Notes: a model not told the origin generated them from the sequence alone. Numbered from the stretch's first letter, positions 49,437-60,402 are shown. The stretch is DNA of 64,000 nucleotides from Abditibacteriaceae bacterium (GCA_965277285.1 OZ255721.1:704001-768000); one strand, 5' to 3'. Translations and numbers: made by a program.

Positions 49437-50186
49437 TTACTTGCTGCGTCGTGTTGTCGCCCAGACAAAATCGCGGTTCATCTCGCGGATGTGCGTGATG
49501 GAAATCTCTTTGGGGCAAACGGCTTCGCATTCGCCTTCGTTCGAGCAATTGCCGAAACCTTCGGCGTCCATTTGCCACACCATACGCTCGACGCGACGGT
49601 CACGCTCAGCTTGGCCTTGCGGCAAATGCGCCAACTGCGAAATCTTGGCGGACGTAAAAAGCGCGGCGCTGGCGTTTTTACATTGCGCCACGCACGCGCC
49701 ACAACCGATACACGCAGCGGCATCCATCGCCGCATCGGCGTTTTCCTTGGAAATCGGCAGCGCATTTCCGTCCGGCGCGCCGCCCGTATTGACCGAAATG
49801 TAACCGCCCGCCGCGATGATGCGGTCGAAGGCGCTTCGATCCACGCTGATGTCTTTGATGACGGGAAAAGCGCGGGCGCGCCACGGTTCGATGACAATCG
49901 TGTCGCCGTCTTTGAAGCGCCGCATATGAAGCTGGCAAGCGGTCGTTCCGGCGTCCGGGCCGTGCGCCATGCCGTTGATCATCATAGCGCAGGAGCCACA
50001 AATTCCCTCGCGGCAATCGTGGTCGAAAGCGACCGGATCATCGCCCTTGCGAATCAATTGCTCGTTCAGTTGATCCATCATTTCCAGGAACGACATATCA
50101 GGCGAAATATCGGCAATCGAGTACTCGATCATCGCGCCTTTGGTTTTGGCGTTCTTCTGGCGCCACACTTGAAGTTTGAGATTCAT
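49437..50186 (-). CDS. sdhB: Succinate dehydrogenase/fumarate reductase Fe-S subunit
   Basis: [29 protein letters not shown]. Confidence 0.95.
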   Translation of the reverse strand: MNLKLQVWRQKNAKTKGAMIEYSIADISPDMSFLEMMDQLNEQLIRKGDDPVAFDHDCREGICGSCAMMINGMAHGPDAGTTACQLHMRRFKDGDTIVIEPWRARAFPVIKDISVDRSAFDRIIAAGGYISVNTGGAPDGNALPISKENADAAMDAAACIGCGACVAQCKNASAALFTSAKISQLAHLPQGQAERDRRVERMVWQMDAEGFGNCSNEGECEAVCPKEISITHIREMNRDFVWATTRRSK

Positions 50187-50200
50187 CTTTGATTTCCTTC

Positions 50201-50260
50201 TGTTCGCTTCCTGCTTCTTCGCTTCCTACATCTTCGCTTCCTACATCTTCGCTTCCTGCA
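50201..50260. repeat. Tandem 15-bp repeat, about 4 copies
   Basis: (TCTTCGCTTCCTACA)-like units between sdhB and the inserted gene. Confidence 0.8.
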
Positions 50261-50265
50261 AGCCA

Positions 50266-51567
50266 TTATTCTGAGGCGACAATTGAATCGGCGGTTCGGC
50301 GTTCTGCGTTCGATTTCGTTTGGAGGCAAGCAACCTGCTTTTGTTTTAAACGCAGCGTCTTCCTCAATGAATGTCGAAAGTGCCTTCCTATTGTTCTGGC
50401 CAAGGGTTCATTAAGCTTGTGATGCAAATCGTTGTTTTCCTGTACATATTGGAAAAGCGTTTCGAGCGCACTTGAATCAAATTCGTCGCGGCTGAAAAAA
50501 TTTTGTGGCGGCAGCAAAGACGAAGCCACTTGGCTTTGAGAAAGCTGACTATTCAACAACGATTTTTCTGACAACGAGTGTAATCGCTCGACGATTTCAA
50601 AATGCGCGGGCAGAAAAGTCTTTCGCGCGCCCTGAATGGCCGTGTTCGCAAGTGCGATCTTGACCGGAAACGAAACGCTAATCAAATGCTCGACATCGCC
50701 TTCGATGCGTTGCATTTGTTGCTGCGTCAAATGCGTTTCCTTGTATTCTGCAATGCGACAATCGGAAAAATCAAGTTTAATTCCCATTTCCGCCAAGCCC
50801 CTCTCGCAATTTCGGCGAATTTCAGGCGAGCAAGAAAGGCCATTGATATCTATTACCAGCCGACAGTACTCCCAGCTTTCTAAAAAAGTTATCAACCACA
50901 GATAGTAAAACAGAAAATAAGTGCGCTCGAGACCCAGCAACGGTTCCACCGCGTAATGGTAGAACTCGATTTCCGTTATTACAGTGCTACTGGAATACTG
51001 GGGCAAATAAATGACGTCTTGTAACGGCTGCAACAAAGGAGAATTTTTGTTGCTGGCCAGCATCAAAAGATGGTTGCCGGTGAAGAAGCCGGAATCGAAG
51101 GAACAATACGATTCCCATTGGGCGCGCGCGTCGCGCAGGATGAAGATATTTTCAGTCTGGTAATGCTGGCGCAGCCAATCTTGCAGATAGGCCGTGCGGC
51201 AGAACTCGAGCAGCGGACGACGCCCCGAATGTTCGGCATTAGCGATTAACGAATCGAGATATTTTTTGAGGTCGTCGCTTTCTTGTTGATTGCCGGGCTG
51301 ACGACCGTACGCGAATTCTTTTTGGTAGAACGGAACGAGGCCAGCGTCATTGCGCGGATATTCGTCGAAATAACTAAGAGAAACTTCAGGATGACGCATA
51401 TCCAGCGCGACTTCACGACTGCAATGCGGTTTCAAACTCTCGAGCGAATCGGCGACGCTTGAGTTCAACGGCTCGTAGTAGCAATAACAAGAGCCATGAC
51501 AACGAAATTTATTCCACAGATAAGTGCTTCCGGCGCGAAACAGCGAATGTAAAAAGATCGGTTTCAT
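50266..51567 (-). CDS. Sulfotransferase-like (P-loop) hypothetical protein
   Basis: N-terminal IFLHSLFRAGSTYLW, YEPLN, ILRD..AQW.S resemble PAPS-binding motifs. Confidence 0.6.
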   Translation of the reverse strand: MKPIFLHSLFRAGSTYLWNKFRCHGSCYCYYEPLNSSVADSLESLKPHCSREVALDMRHPEVSLSYFDEYPRNDAGLVPFYQKEFAYGRQPGNQQESDDLKKYLDSLIANAEHSGRRPLLEFCRTAYLQDWLRQHYQTENIFILRDARAQWESYCSFDSGFFTGNHLLMLASNKNSPLLQPLQDVIYLPQYSSSTVITEIEFYHYAVEPLLGLERTYFLFYYLWLITFLESWEYCRLVIDINGLSCSPEIRRNCERGLAEMGIKLDFSDCRIAEYKETHLTQQQMQRIEGDVEHLISVSFPVKIALANTAIQGARKTFLPAHFEIVERLHSLSEKSLLNSQLSQSQVASSLLPPQNFFSRDEFDSSALETLFQYVQENNDLHHKLNEPLARTIGRHFRHSLRKTLRLKQKQVACLQTKSNAERRTADSIVASE

Positions 51568-51913
51568 AAGTACTAACAGATCATGCTCCTGTGTTTACCT
51601 TGCGCTTACTGCCTTGAGACACGACCAAATCTTCTTAGTAGTTCTTCCTGCTTACTTATCGGGCTATCATATCACTTTTATCACTGCTATGTCACGTCGA
51701 GTACTCGATTCACTCTTTCGTCTTGGCGTTCTTCCGCTACCACAGTTGTAAGTTTGAAATTTACCGTTTTTCGTTGTGTGCAAACGTTTCATTTCTCGTC
51801 AATGTGACACTTTACAGTTGTTCAAAATGGTGGTGGAAGTTGCTAATTTTCTTTTCCAACTTTTCTTTTTCGCTCACGTTCTTTCCTTGCAATCGAGTAC
51901 TCGATTCGCGCCT

Positions 51914-53827
51914 TTACTTATAAGAACGCGTCGCCAGATGCACTTCCTCGAACTCGAGATGTTCTTTGTTCAAGATCGGTGTGGCGTTGTCGCCCGCATA
52001 TTCCCACGCGGCAACGTAAGCGAAGTTTTCGTCGTCGCGCAGGGCTTCGCCTTCTTCGGTCTGGCTTTCTTCGCGGAAATGGCCGCCGCAGCTTTCCGTG
52101 CGATGTAAAGCGTCGCGCACCAGCAATTCGCCAAACTCCAGAAAATCGGCCACGCGACCGGCGCGCTCCAAATCCTGATTCAAGTTATCGGCACTGCCCG
52201 ACAGTTTCACGTCTTGCCAGAACTCTTCGCGCAGTTTAGGAATCGAAACCAGAGCTTCGCGCAAACCTTGATCGTTGCGCGCCATGCCCGCTTTTTCCCA
52301 CATGATTTTGCCCAGTTCGCGGTGAAAATCCGTCACTGTGCGATTGCCGTTGATGCTCAGCAACTTGGAGATGCGCTGTTGTGCGTAATGCGCCGATTCT
52401 TTGAACGCCGCGTGATCGGTCGTCACTTTGGGCAGCTTGGTTCCCGCCAGAAAGTCGCCAATCGTGTAAGGAATCACGAAATAACCGTCCGCCAAACCTT
52501 GCATCAACGCGCTCGCGCCCAGGCGATTTGCGCCGTGATCCGAAAAATTGCATTCGCCCAGCGCGTAAAGTCCCGGCACGCTCGTCATCAAGTTGTAATC
52601 GACCCACAAGCCGCCCATCGTGTAATGAATCGCCGGGTAAATGCGCATCGGCTGCTGATACGGGTTTTCGTCCGTAATTTTCTGATACATATGGAACAGG
52701 TTGCCGTAGCGACCGCGAATCACGTCTTCGCCCAAACGACTAATCGCTTCCTGAAAATCGAGATAAACCGCCAGGCCGCTTTCGCCGACGCCGCGCCCAT
52801 CGTCGCACGCTTCCTTGGCAGCGCGACTGGAAATATCGCGCGGCGCGAGGTTACCGTAAGACGGATACTTGCGCTCCAAATAATAATCGCGCTCGTCTTC
52901 GGGAATCTGCGCCGGTGCACGCTTGTCGCCCTGCTTTTTGGGAACCCAGACGCGGCCATCGTTGCGCAAAGATTCCGACATCAAGGTCAACTTCGATTGA
53001 TGTTCGCCCGAAACCGGAATACACGTCGGGTGAATCTGCGTATAGCATGGATTGGCGAACGCCGCGCCCTTTTTATAGGCGCGCCACGCCGCGGTCACGT
53101 TGCAATTGAGCGCGTTCGTCGAAAGATAATACGCGTTGCCGTAACCGCCAGTACAAAGAAGAACGGCATCGGCGGAATAGGATTCGATTTCGCCCGTGAG
53201 GAGGTTGCGAACCGTGATGCCGCGCGCGATTTCGTCAATTGTCACGACATCGAGCAGTTCGCGGCGCGGGAACAATTTCACGGCGCCACGATCCACTTGG
53301 CGCATCAAACTCGAATAGGCGCCCAGCAGCAATTGCTGTCCGGTTTGGCCACGCGCATAAAAGGTACGCGAAACCTGCGCGCCACCAAACGAGCGGTTGT
53401 CCAATTGACCGCCATATTCGCGCGCGAAAGGCACGCCTTGCGCGACACATTGGTCGATAATATGGTTGCTGACTTCCGCCAGGCGATAAACATTGGCTTC
53501 GCGCGCGCGAAAATCGCCGCCTTTTACCGTATCGTAAAACAAGCGATGAACGCTGTCGCCATCGTTTTGATAATTCTTGGCGGCGTTGATTCCGCCTTGC
53601 GCGGCAATCGAGTGCGCACGTCGCGGACTGTCGTGATACGTGAAGTTGAGCACGTTGTAGCCCAATTCGCCCAAGGACGCCGCCGCGCTTCCACCGGCGA
53701 GTCCAGTTCCGACCACGATGATGGTGAACTTGCGCTTATTGGACGGATTGACCAGTTTGATATCGAACTTGTGGCGCTCCCACTTCGAGGAAACCGGGCC
53801 GCCAGGGATTTTAGAATCGAGCTTCAT
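51914..53827 (-). CDS. sdhA: Succinate dehydrogenase/fumarate reductase flavoprotein
   Basis: [42 protein letters not shown]. Confidence 0.96.
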   Translation of the reverse strand: MKLDSKIPGGPVSSKWERHKFDIKLVNPSNKRKFTIIVVGTGLAGGSAAASLGELGYNVLNFTYHDSPRRAHSIAAQGGINAAKNYQNDGDSVHRLFYDTVKGGDFRAREANVYRLAEVSNHIIDQCVAQGVPFAREYGGQLDNRSFGGAQVSRTFYARGQTGQQLLLGAYSSLMRQVDRGAVKLFPRRELLDVVTIDEIARGITVRNLLTGEIESYSADAVLLCTGGYGNAYYLSTNALNCNVTAAWRAYKKGAAFANPCYTQIHPTCIPVSGEHQSKLTLMSESLRNDGRVWVPKKQGDKRAPAQIPEDERDYYLERKYPSYGNLAPRDISSRAAKEACDDGRGVGESGLAVYLDFQEAISRLGEDVIRGRYGNLFHMYQKITDENPYQQPMRIYPAIHYTMGGLWVDYNLMTSVPGLYALGECNFSDHGANRLGASALMQGLADGYFVIPYTIGDFLAGTKLPKVTTDHAAFKESAHYAQQRISKLLSINGNRTVTDFHRELGKIMWEKAGMARNDQGLREALVSIPKLREEFWQDVKLSGSADNLNQDLERAGRVADFLEFGELLVRDALHRTESCGGHFREESQTEEGEALRDDENFAYVAAWEYAGDNATPILNKEHLEFEEVHLATRSYK

Positions 53828-53909
53828 ACGGGAAAAGCCTTTCGAGTACTCGAATTGCGAAATTATGTACGGGCTTGGCGCGCCAAGCCTTTACGAACAA
53901 ATTAGTTAT

Positions 53910-54674
53910 TTATCGTCGGAAGAAATAAACATACAACGGAATCGAGATGAAGCCGCCAATAATCACCGCTGTAAAAACGCGTCCAACCCACGCCCAAAAT
54001 GTCGTGTAGCCACCGACGCCGACGCTTTGAAAGGCGCTCGCAAAACCGTGATTGAGGTGAAGCGCCAGCAAAACCAGCGCAACCACATAAATTGCAACGA
54101 TGAGAATGTTGCCGAACGCGTCATTCACCATGCGCGCGATGTCATCGCCTTCCGCGGGTTGCGTCGCCTGCGCGCTGGCTGTCGCGGTTCCGCTTTGCGT
54201 CATCATGGTGGTTGGCGCGCCGTTGTTGGTCGCCATTTCGTAGCGGTATTTGCCCAATCGAAAATGAATGATGTGCAAGATGATGAACAGCAAAGTCAGC
54301 GTGCCGGAAACCGCCATATAAGTGGACGAAACCGATTTACGACTTTTGTGAGGGCCAGCGGTAATTTTTCCGTCTTTAGTCCAGCGACGAGAAGCGTATT
54401 CTTCTGGTCGCGCGAGTTTGTTCTGGCGCCAGACGCGCAAGCCGATGTAAGCGTGCGCGAGGATCAATAAAACCAGTCCGATTTCCAGAAAAATGGTGAT
54501 CGGCAAACGGTCGAGGAAGTTGCCGTAAGTGTTGATGTATTCGCCGCGCCCGGGGAAAATCGTCAGGTTTCCCAGCAGGTGAATCACCAGAAAGGCGCAC
54601 AGAAAAAGTCCGGTGAGGGCGCTGAGGAACTTTTGCGCCACGCTCGTTGTCAGAAGCCGCTTGCGCTTCTCCAT
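53910..54674 (-). CDS. sdhC: Succinate dehydrogenase cytochrome b subunit
   Basis: ALTGLFL..FLVIHLLGN, heme His residues, HL.HGF.SAFQS. Confidence 0.92.
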   Translation of the reverse strand: MEKRKRLLTTSVAQKFLSALTGLFLCAFLVIHLLGNLTIFPGRGEYINTYGNFLDRLPITIFLEIGLVLLILAHAYIGLRVWRQNKLARPEEYASRRWTKDGKITAGPHKSRKSVSSTYMAVSGTLTLLFIILHIIHFRLGKYRYEMATNNGAPTTMMTQSGTATASAQATQPAEGDDIARMVNDAFGNILIVAIYVVALVLLALHLNHGFASAFQSVGVGGYTTFWAWVGRVFTAVIIGGFISIPLYVYFFRR

Positions 54675-54860
54675 GTTTTCTTCTCCACAAATCAATTCAA
54701 TCGCTTTTCATTATACGTACAACGTGGCGCCGCGTCACAAGAGTTTTGCAGACGCCAATCGAGTACTCGAAACGCGCACTTCGTTATACTTCAAGGCCAC
54801 ATTATGCAAGATTTACGCGCCAATGGATTCCCCTCTTTGGCCGATTTCAGCGAGATTTTT

Positions 54861-56123
54861 ATGACACACGAAACTCCTCAACAACACGTCGAACGCAAAG
54901 CGCAACTTGCCAAAACAGCGTCCATCGCCTTGCGCACGTTGTCCACGCAAACCAAAAACAACGCGCTTTTATCTATCGCGGACGCTTTAATAGAAAGCCA
55001 AAATCGCATCTTCGAGGAAAACGCCAGGGATTTGGAAGCTGGAAAGGCGCGCGGTCTTTCCGCTGCCCTACTCGACCGCTTGAAACTGGACGAAAAGCGC
55101 GTGCTTTCAATGGCCGAAGGCTGCCGCCAGGTCGCCGCTTTGCCCGACCCGATTGGCCAGGTCATCAAAGGCGAAACGCGTCCCAACGGCTTGCGCATCC
55201 AACAGGTTCGCGTGCCGCTCGGCGTCATCGGCATCATTTACGAATCGCGCCCCAACGTGACGGTTGACGCGGCGGTTTTGTGCCTTAAATCGGGCAACGC
55301 GGTTGTTCTGCGCGGCGGCAGCGAAGCGATCCATTCCAACACGATTCTGGCGCAGCTTATGACCGAAGCGGCGCAAAAAGCTGGTGTTCCCGCGGATGCA
55401 ATTCAGATCATCGAGACAACCGACCGCGCCGCGACGCAGCATTTGGTGACGTTGAACGGCTTGGTCGATCTGGTGATTCCGCGCGGCGGAGAAGGCCTCA
55501 AAAAGGCCTTGATGAGCGTGGCGACAGTTCCCGTGATTTTTGCGGCGGGCGGCGTTTGTCACGTTTATGTCGATGAAAGCGCCGATTTACAGATGGCGTC
55601 CGACATCGTTTTTAACGCCAAAGTACAACGTCCCAGCGCCTGCAACGCGATTGAAACGTTGCTCGTTCACCAGGCAATCGCACCTCAGTTTTTGCCGATT
55701 ATCAGCAAGCGTTTGTGCGACGCCAGTGTCGAGTTGCGCGGCGACCAAAGTGCGCGCCAGATAGCCGATATGAAAGAAGCAAGCGAAGACGATTGGAACG
55801 AAGAATATCTGAACCTGACGCTGGCGGTTCGAGTACTCGATTCGTTGGATGACGCGATTGCGCATATCAGCGCGCATGGTTCGGGACATTCCGAAGCAAT
55901 CGTGACGGAAAATTACGCAAATGCCGAAAAGTTCGTGGCGCAAATCGACGCTGCTGCGCTTTACATCAATTCGAGCACGCGCTTTACCGATGGCTTCGAG
56001 TTCGGTTTGGGCGCCGAAGTCGGCATCTCGACGCAAAAGTTGCACGCGCGCGGCCCGATGGGTTTGGAAGCCTTGACCTCGACTAAATACATCACGCGCG
56101 GCGATGGTCATATTCGTCCCTGA
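54861..56123 (+). CDS. proA: Glutamate-5-semialdehyde dehydrogenase
   Basis: PLGVIGIIYESRPNVT, PSACNAIE, STRFTDGFEFGLGAEVGISTQKLHARGPMG. Confidence 0.97.
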   Translation: MTHETPQQHVERKAQLAKTASIALRTLSTQTKNNALLSIADALIESQNRIFEENARDLEAGKARGLSAALLDRLKLDEKRVLSMAEGCRQVAALPDPIGQVIKGETRPNGLRIQQVRVPLGVIGIIYESRPNVTVDAAVLCLKSGNAVVLRGGSEAIHSNTILAQLMTEAAQKAGVPADAIQIIETTDRAATQHLVTLNGLVDLVIPRGGEGLKKALMSVATVPVIFAAGGVCHVYVDESADLQMASDIVFNAKVQRPSACNAIETLLVHQAIAPQFLPIISKRLCDASVELRGDQSARQIADMKEASEDDWNEEYLNLTLAVRVLDSLDDAIAHISAHGSGHSEAIVTENYANAEKFVAQIDAAALYINSSTRFTDGFEFGLGAEVGISTQKLHARGPMGLEALTSTKYITRGDGHIRP

Positions 56124-56124
56124 A

Positions 56125-56195
56125 AGCGAACCCGAAGCGTGAGCGAGAGCGAACTTTTTACGTCAAATCTCCCTCGCTCACGCTTCGGGTTCGCT
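56125..56195. repeat. REP-like inverted repeat, AACCCGAAGCG family (copy 3)
   Basis: agcgaacccgaagcgtgagcgag ... ctcgctcacgcttcgggttcgct. Confidence 0.88.
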
Positions 56196-56234
56196 GAATG
56201 TGCAACGCAACGTTCTTTTTTCCGTCTTTTCCCT

Positions 56235-57266
56235 ATGAAATTTCACCAATTCTTCCCGCTTTTTTCCTGCACAACGATGCTGCTTGCGGGCGCCATGAGT
56301 TCTTGCGCCAAACCGCAACAATCGAGTACTCGAACGCTCGCGGCGCCAGTTTCGACAACCGCAACAACAACTGATCCTTGGACAAAGCGCGTTTCCCTTT
56401 ACGAAGAAAATCGCAACGCTCCACTGCAAACCAAAACCGTGAGCCGCACGCAAAACACGGTAGCGAATGTCGAGAAAATGACGATTCGCGGCGTCAATGG
56501 CGACATCGTGCCGTTTTACATCGTGACGCCGCTGAGCGCGACCGAAAAAAATCGCGTGCCGGGCATTATTCTAATTCACGGTTTGACTCAGAACATTGAT
56601 CAAATGCTGTTTGCCGCACAATATTATGCAGCGCAAGGTTATGCAGTCGTAATTCCTGAGATTGTCAATCACGGCGAACGAAAGACTTCGCACCACGCCT
56701 TGTTCGGCAGCGATGTGGTTTCGCTGCGCGCCGATATTATCGAATCGGTCGGCGATATTCGGCGCACGCTGGACGTTTTTGCGGCTCGCCCGAATGTCGA
56801 TTCTCAGCGCATCGGTTTGTTCGGCTTGAGCCTGGGTTCGATTTTGGGAAGCGTCACAACGGCTCTGGACAATCGCATTCAAACTGCTGTTTTTGCGGTC
56901 GGTGGAGCCGATTGGCGCACCATTTTAGAAAATTCCGTTATCAGTTCGGACAAAACCAAAACGGCGGTTCGCGCCCTGAACGCGCAGCAAATCGCGTTGT
57001 TGGATGACGTTGATCCGAAGAGTTTTGTCGGCAAAATCGCGCCGCGTCCAGTTTTGATGTTGAACGGCAAGCGCGACACCATTATTCCGGTGGCCGCAGC
57101 GCAAGCGTTTTTTCAGGCAGCGCACGAGCCGAAAAAGCAACTCTGGTTCGATGCCGACCATTTTTTGCCGGTCATGGAAGTCGCCGAACCGATCAATCAA
57201 TGGTTGCAGCAACATTTGAAATCACCATCGGCGACAACAGTGGCGTTTAAGCGTGTCAGCGAATGA
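56235..57266 (+). CDS. Alpha/beta hydrolase, probable lipoprotein
   Basis: Lipobox-like AMSSC, IHGL, GLSLG nucleophile elbow, NG.RD, DH. Confidence 0.82.
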   Translation: MKFHQFFPLFSCTTMLLAGAMSSCAKPQQSSTRTLAAPVSTTATTTDPWTKRVSLYEENRNAPLQTKTVSRTQNTVANVEKMTIRGVNGDIVPFYIVTPLSATEKNRVPGIILIHGLTQNIDQMLFAAQYYAAQGYAVVIPEIVNHGERKTSHHALFGSDVVSLRADIIESVGDIRRTLDVFAARPNVDSQRIGLFGLSLGSILGSVTTALDNRIQTAVFAVGGADWRTILENSVISSDKTKTAVRALNAQQIALLDDVDPKSFVGKIAPRPVLMLNGKRDTIIPVAAAQAFFQAAHEPKKQLWFDADHFLPVMEVAEPINQWLQQHLKSPSATTVAFKRVSE

Positions 57267-57397
57267 ATTCGCCGCCAGAAACCAAGTCGGGCTGAACCCG
57301 ACACGACTGCAATTTATGTTGTGTCAACGAAGGTTGATAACTTTTCGGGCGACGAATTTATTCGCTGACACAATCGAGTACTCGAACCTTCCCTTTT

Positions 57398-57976
57398 ATG
57401 CCCGATTCTGCGCCTTCTGCAATTCAAACTGTCGTTCTCATCGGCTTTATGGGCTGCGGCAAAAGTTGCGTGGCGCGACGCCTGGCGCCTTTATTGAACT
57501 GGCCGGCGAGCGATTTGGATCAACAAATCGAAAGCGCTATCGGCATTTCCATCGCGCAATTTTTCGCATCGCATGGCGAAGAGGCTTTTCGCGCTGAGGA
57601 AACCCGACAGTTGCACGAAGCGTTGCAGGAACGCGGGATTCTGGCGGCGGGCGGCGGAATTGTGACGCGCCAAGAGAACCGCCATTTACTGCGAAACGCG
57701 CAGCGAAGTGGAATCGTGAGCGTTGTTTATCTGCGTGCCAGGCCGGAAACGTTGGCGACGCGCATTCGGCGCCAGCCCGGCGTGCGACCATTGATTGACG
57801 GCCATCGAGTACTGAATTGGATAGAAACCCGCGAGCGCGTGCGGTTTTTGCTCGATCAGCGTTCGTGCTGGTACCAAGAATGCGCCGATTTAATCGTGGA
57901 CAGTGACGAACTTTCCGCCAATCAAACCGCGCAAATTGTCGCCGCTTACGTCGCGCCGGAAAAAGTTTTGCCGTGA
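57398..57976 (+). CDS. aroK: Shikimate kinase
   Basis: IGFMGCGKS, DLD..IE, GEEAFR, GGG, RPL. Confidence 0.92.
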   Translation: MPDSAPSAIQTVVLIGFMGCGKSCVARRLAPLLNWPASDLDQQIESAIGISIAQFFASHGEEAFRAEETRQLHEALQERGILAAGGGIVTRQENRHLLRNAQRSGIVSVVYLRARPETLATRIRRQPGVRPLIDGHRVLNWIETRERVRFLLDQRSCWYQECADLIVDSDELSANQTAQIVAAYVAPEKVLP

Positions 57977-58001
57977 CCGAACGACGATTTAAGGACGAAA
58001 A

Positions 58002-58421
58002 ATGGCTCAAAGAAATTTCAATAACCCGCGTGTGGTCGGCATTTTGATGCCACAAATGGAAATGGTGACGCGCTCCTGGTCGCCCAGCGCGATGTGGCAA
58101 CCGCGCACCGATATTTACGAATCGCGCGACGCGGTTTTGCTGCAAATCGAAGTGCCTGGCATGGAGATTTCGCAATTGCGCATTCATTTTGAAGCCGAGC
58201 AGTTGACAATTGAAGGCGTTCGTCCGCAGCCGCAATGCAGTCCGACGCATCATTGCCTGCAAGTCGAAAGCGAATCCGGCGCCTTTCGCCGCGTTTTTGC
58301 TTTGCCGAAAAACATCGACGGCGCCCACATCGAAGCGCGCCTGGAACTGGGCGTTTTATATGTCACGTTGCCCAAACGTGCGGTTGAAGAACGTCGCGCG
58401 ATGAAAATTGAAATTGCGTGA
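58002..58421 (+). CDS. Small heat-shock protein (Hsp20)
   Basis: WQPRTDIYE, EVPGM, GAFRR.F.LP, LELGVLYVTLPK. Confidence 0.9.
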   Translation: MAQRNFNNPRVVGILMPQMEMVTRSWSPSAMWQPRTDIYESRDAVLLQIEVPGMEISQLRIHFEAEQLTIEGVRPQPQCSPTHHCLQVESESGAFRRVFALPKNIDGAHIEARLELGVLYVTLPKRAVEERRAMKIEIA

Positions 58422-58423
58422 CA

Positions 58424-58500
58424 TTTCAGAACCCCAAGCGTAAGTGTGGAGCTGAAGTCGCAGTTACTTCAGCTCCGCGCTCACGCTTGGGGTTCTGAAA
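58424..58500. repeat. REP-like inverted repeat, AACCCGAAGCG family (copy 4)
   Basis: tttcagaaccccaagcgtaag ... ctcacgcttggggttctgaaa. Confidence 0.82.
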
Positions 58501-58547
58501 CGACGGACTCGGAATCGAGTACTCGAATTGAAGAACGGAGAAACATC

Positions 58548-60317
58548 ATGGCTGAACCGACAATGCCGCCCATCAGCGACGTTTTGCCGGTCGTCGCAAC
58601 CACAAACTTAGTCTTATTTCCTTTTATGATGGCGCCGCTTGCGGTCGGGCGCGACGCATCGTTGAAAGCTTTGGACGCGGCGCTGCAAGCCGACCGCATC
58701 GTTGCCATCACGTTGCAGCGCGCAGAAAATATCGAGCAGCCGACGCCTGAAGAACTCAACACGATTGGCTGCGCCGGAATCGTAGCGCGCATGATGCGCA
58801 CGCCCGATGGCAGCGCGCAGGTCATCATTCAAGGTTTGACGCGCGTGCGATTGCACGACTTCATAAGTGACAACGGCGTCTTGCGCGCTCGCGTCGAAAT
58901 TTTGACCGATCCGACCGACAAGCCAATGGCCGTACAAGCCTTGATGAACAACTTGCTGGGCGTTTTTCGGCGTATCGTCGAACTCAATCCAGTCTTGCCG
59001 GAAGAAGCTTTCGGTGCCGCACAAAGTCAGGACGAACCCGGAAAGTTGGCCGATTTCGTCGGCTCGACATTGAACGTTGAACCGAACATTCGCCAGGAGA
59101 TTTTGGCGGAACTCGATGTTCAAAAACGCTTGGAGCGCGTCACGCGTTTGGCGTCCGATGAAGTCAATATCTTGGAACTGTCGAACCAGATTCAAGACGC
59201 GACGCGCCAAGAATTAGACAAAGGCCAGCGCGAATTTATTTTGCGTCAGCAGTTGCGCGAAATCCAAAAGCAGTTGGGCGAAACCGATGACAACGCGCAG
59301 GAATTGGAAGATTTGCAAAAGCAGATCGACGACGCCAAAATGCCGCCCGAAGCGCAAGCCGCCGCCGACCGCGAAATGGCGCGCCTGAAACGTTTGCCTC
59401 AGGCCGCCGCAGAATACAGCGTCGCACGCAACTATTTGGATTATCTTTTAGCGATTCCGTGGAGTGTTTCGACCGACGACAATTTGGACATTGCGCACGC
59501 CGAGCAGGTTTTGAACGATGAGCATTACGGCTTGCAAGATGTGAAAGATCGAGTACTCGAATATCTCGCAGTGCGGCGCTTGAAGCCCGATTCCAAAGGC
59601 CCAATTTTGTGTTTCGTCGGGCCGCCGGGCGTCGGAAAAACCAGTCTGGCGCATTCGATAGCGCACGCTCTGGGACGCAAGTTCGTGCGCATGGCGTTGG
59701 GCGGCATACGCGATGAAGCCGAAATTCGCGGCCATCGCAGAACTTATATCGGCGCCATGCCAGGCCGAATCGCGCAGGGCTTGCGCGACGCGGGCACCAA
59801 CAATCCGGTGATGATCCTGGATGAAATCGACAAGTTGGGCAGCGATTATCGTGGCGACCCGACAAGCGCGCTGTTGGAAGTTCTCGATCCGCAGCAAAAC
59901 AACGCGTTCAAGGATCATTACCTGGAAGTGCCGCTCGATTTGTCGAAGATTATGTTCATCACGACGGCGAACGTTTTGGACACGATTCCTGGCCCTTTGC
60001 GCGACCGCATGGAAGTGATTCGCATCGCGGGTTACAGCGAGGAAGAAAAAGTCAACATCGCGCAACGTCATCTGGTGCCGCGTCAAATGAACGAAAACGG
60101 TTTGACAACCGACGACATCGAAATCACGCCGGAAGCGATTCGCACAATTGTTCACGGCTACACGCGCGAAGCCGGAGTGCGCAACCTGGAACGCGAAATC
60201 GCCACCATTTTGCGCAAGAGCGCGCGCCAAATCGCGCAATCGAGTACTCGAAATGGCGTCAATGGAACTTACGCCAAAACCGTCGAGGATCTGGCAACCA
60301 ACGAACCCGAAGCGTAA
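58548..60317 (+). CDS. lon: Lon (N-domain + AAA+ module only; protease domain absent)
   Basis: CFVGPPGVGKTS, GGIRDEAEIRGHRRTYIGAMPG, LDEIDK, YTREAGVRNLERE; 589 aa with the stop inside a REP. Confidence 0.9.
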   Translation: MAEPTMPPISDVLPVVATTNLVLFPFMMAPLAVGRDASLKALDAALQADRIVAITLQRAENIEQPTPEELNTIGCAGIVARMMRTPDGSAQVIIQGLTRVRLHDFISDNGVLRARVEILTDPTDKPMAVQALMNNLLGVFRRIVELNPVLPEEAFGAAQSQDEPGKLADFVGSTLNVEPNIRQEILAELDVQKRLERVTRLASDEVNILELSNQIQDATRQELDKGQREFILRQQLREIQKQLGETDDNAQELEDLQKQIDDAKMPPEAQAAADREMARLKRLPQAAAEYSVARNYLDYLLAIPWSVSTDDNLDIAHAEQVLNDEHYGLQDVKDRVLEYLAVRRLKPDSKGPILCFVGPPGVGKTSLAHSIAHALGRKFVRMALGGIRDEAEIRGHRRTYIGAMPGRIAQGLRDAGTNNPVMILDEIDKLGSDYRGDPTSALLEVLDPQQNNAFKDHYLEVPLDLSKIMFITTANVLDTIPGPLRDRMEVIRIAGYSEEEKVNIAQRHLVPRQMNENGLTTDDIEITPEAIRTIVHGYTREAGVRNLEREIATILRKSARQIAQSSTRNGVNGTYAKTVEDLATNEPEA

Positions 60318-60402
60318 GCGACGGGCTTGAATAAGAGCTACGTCAAATTTCTACTCAAGCCCGTCGCTTACGTCCGCCCAGAGGGCACCCGGGTTCGTTG
60401 GT
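60297..60402. repeat. REP-like inverted repeat, AACCCGAAGCG family (copy 5, with insert)
   Basis: accaacgaacccgaagcgtaagcgacgggcttga ... tcaagcccgtcgcttacg-[tccgcccagagggcac]-ccgggttcgttggt. Confidence 0.85.

Noticed and set aside
52214..53905. 563-aa plus-strand ORF
   Set aside because: Antisense shadow of sdhA with no recognisable motifs
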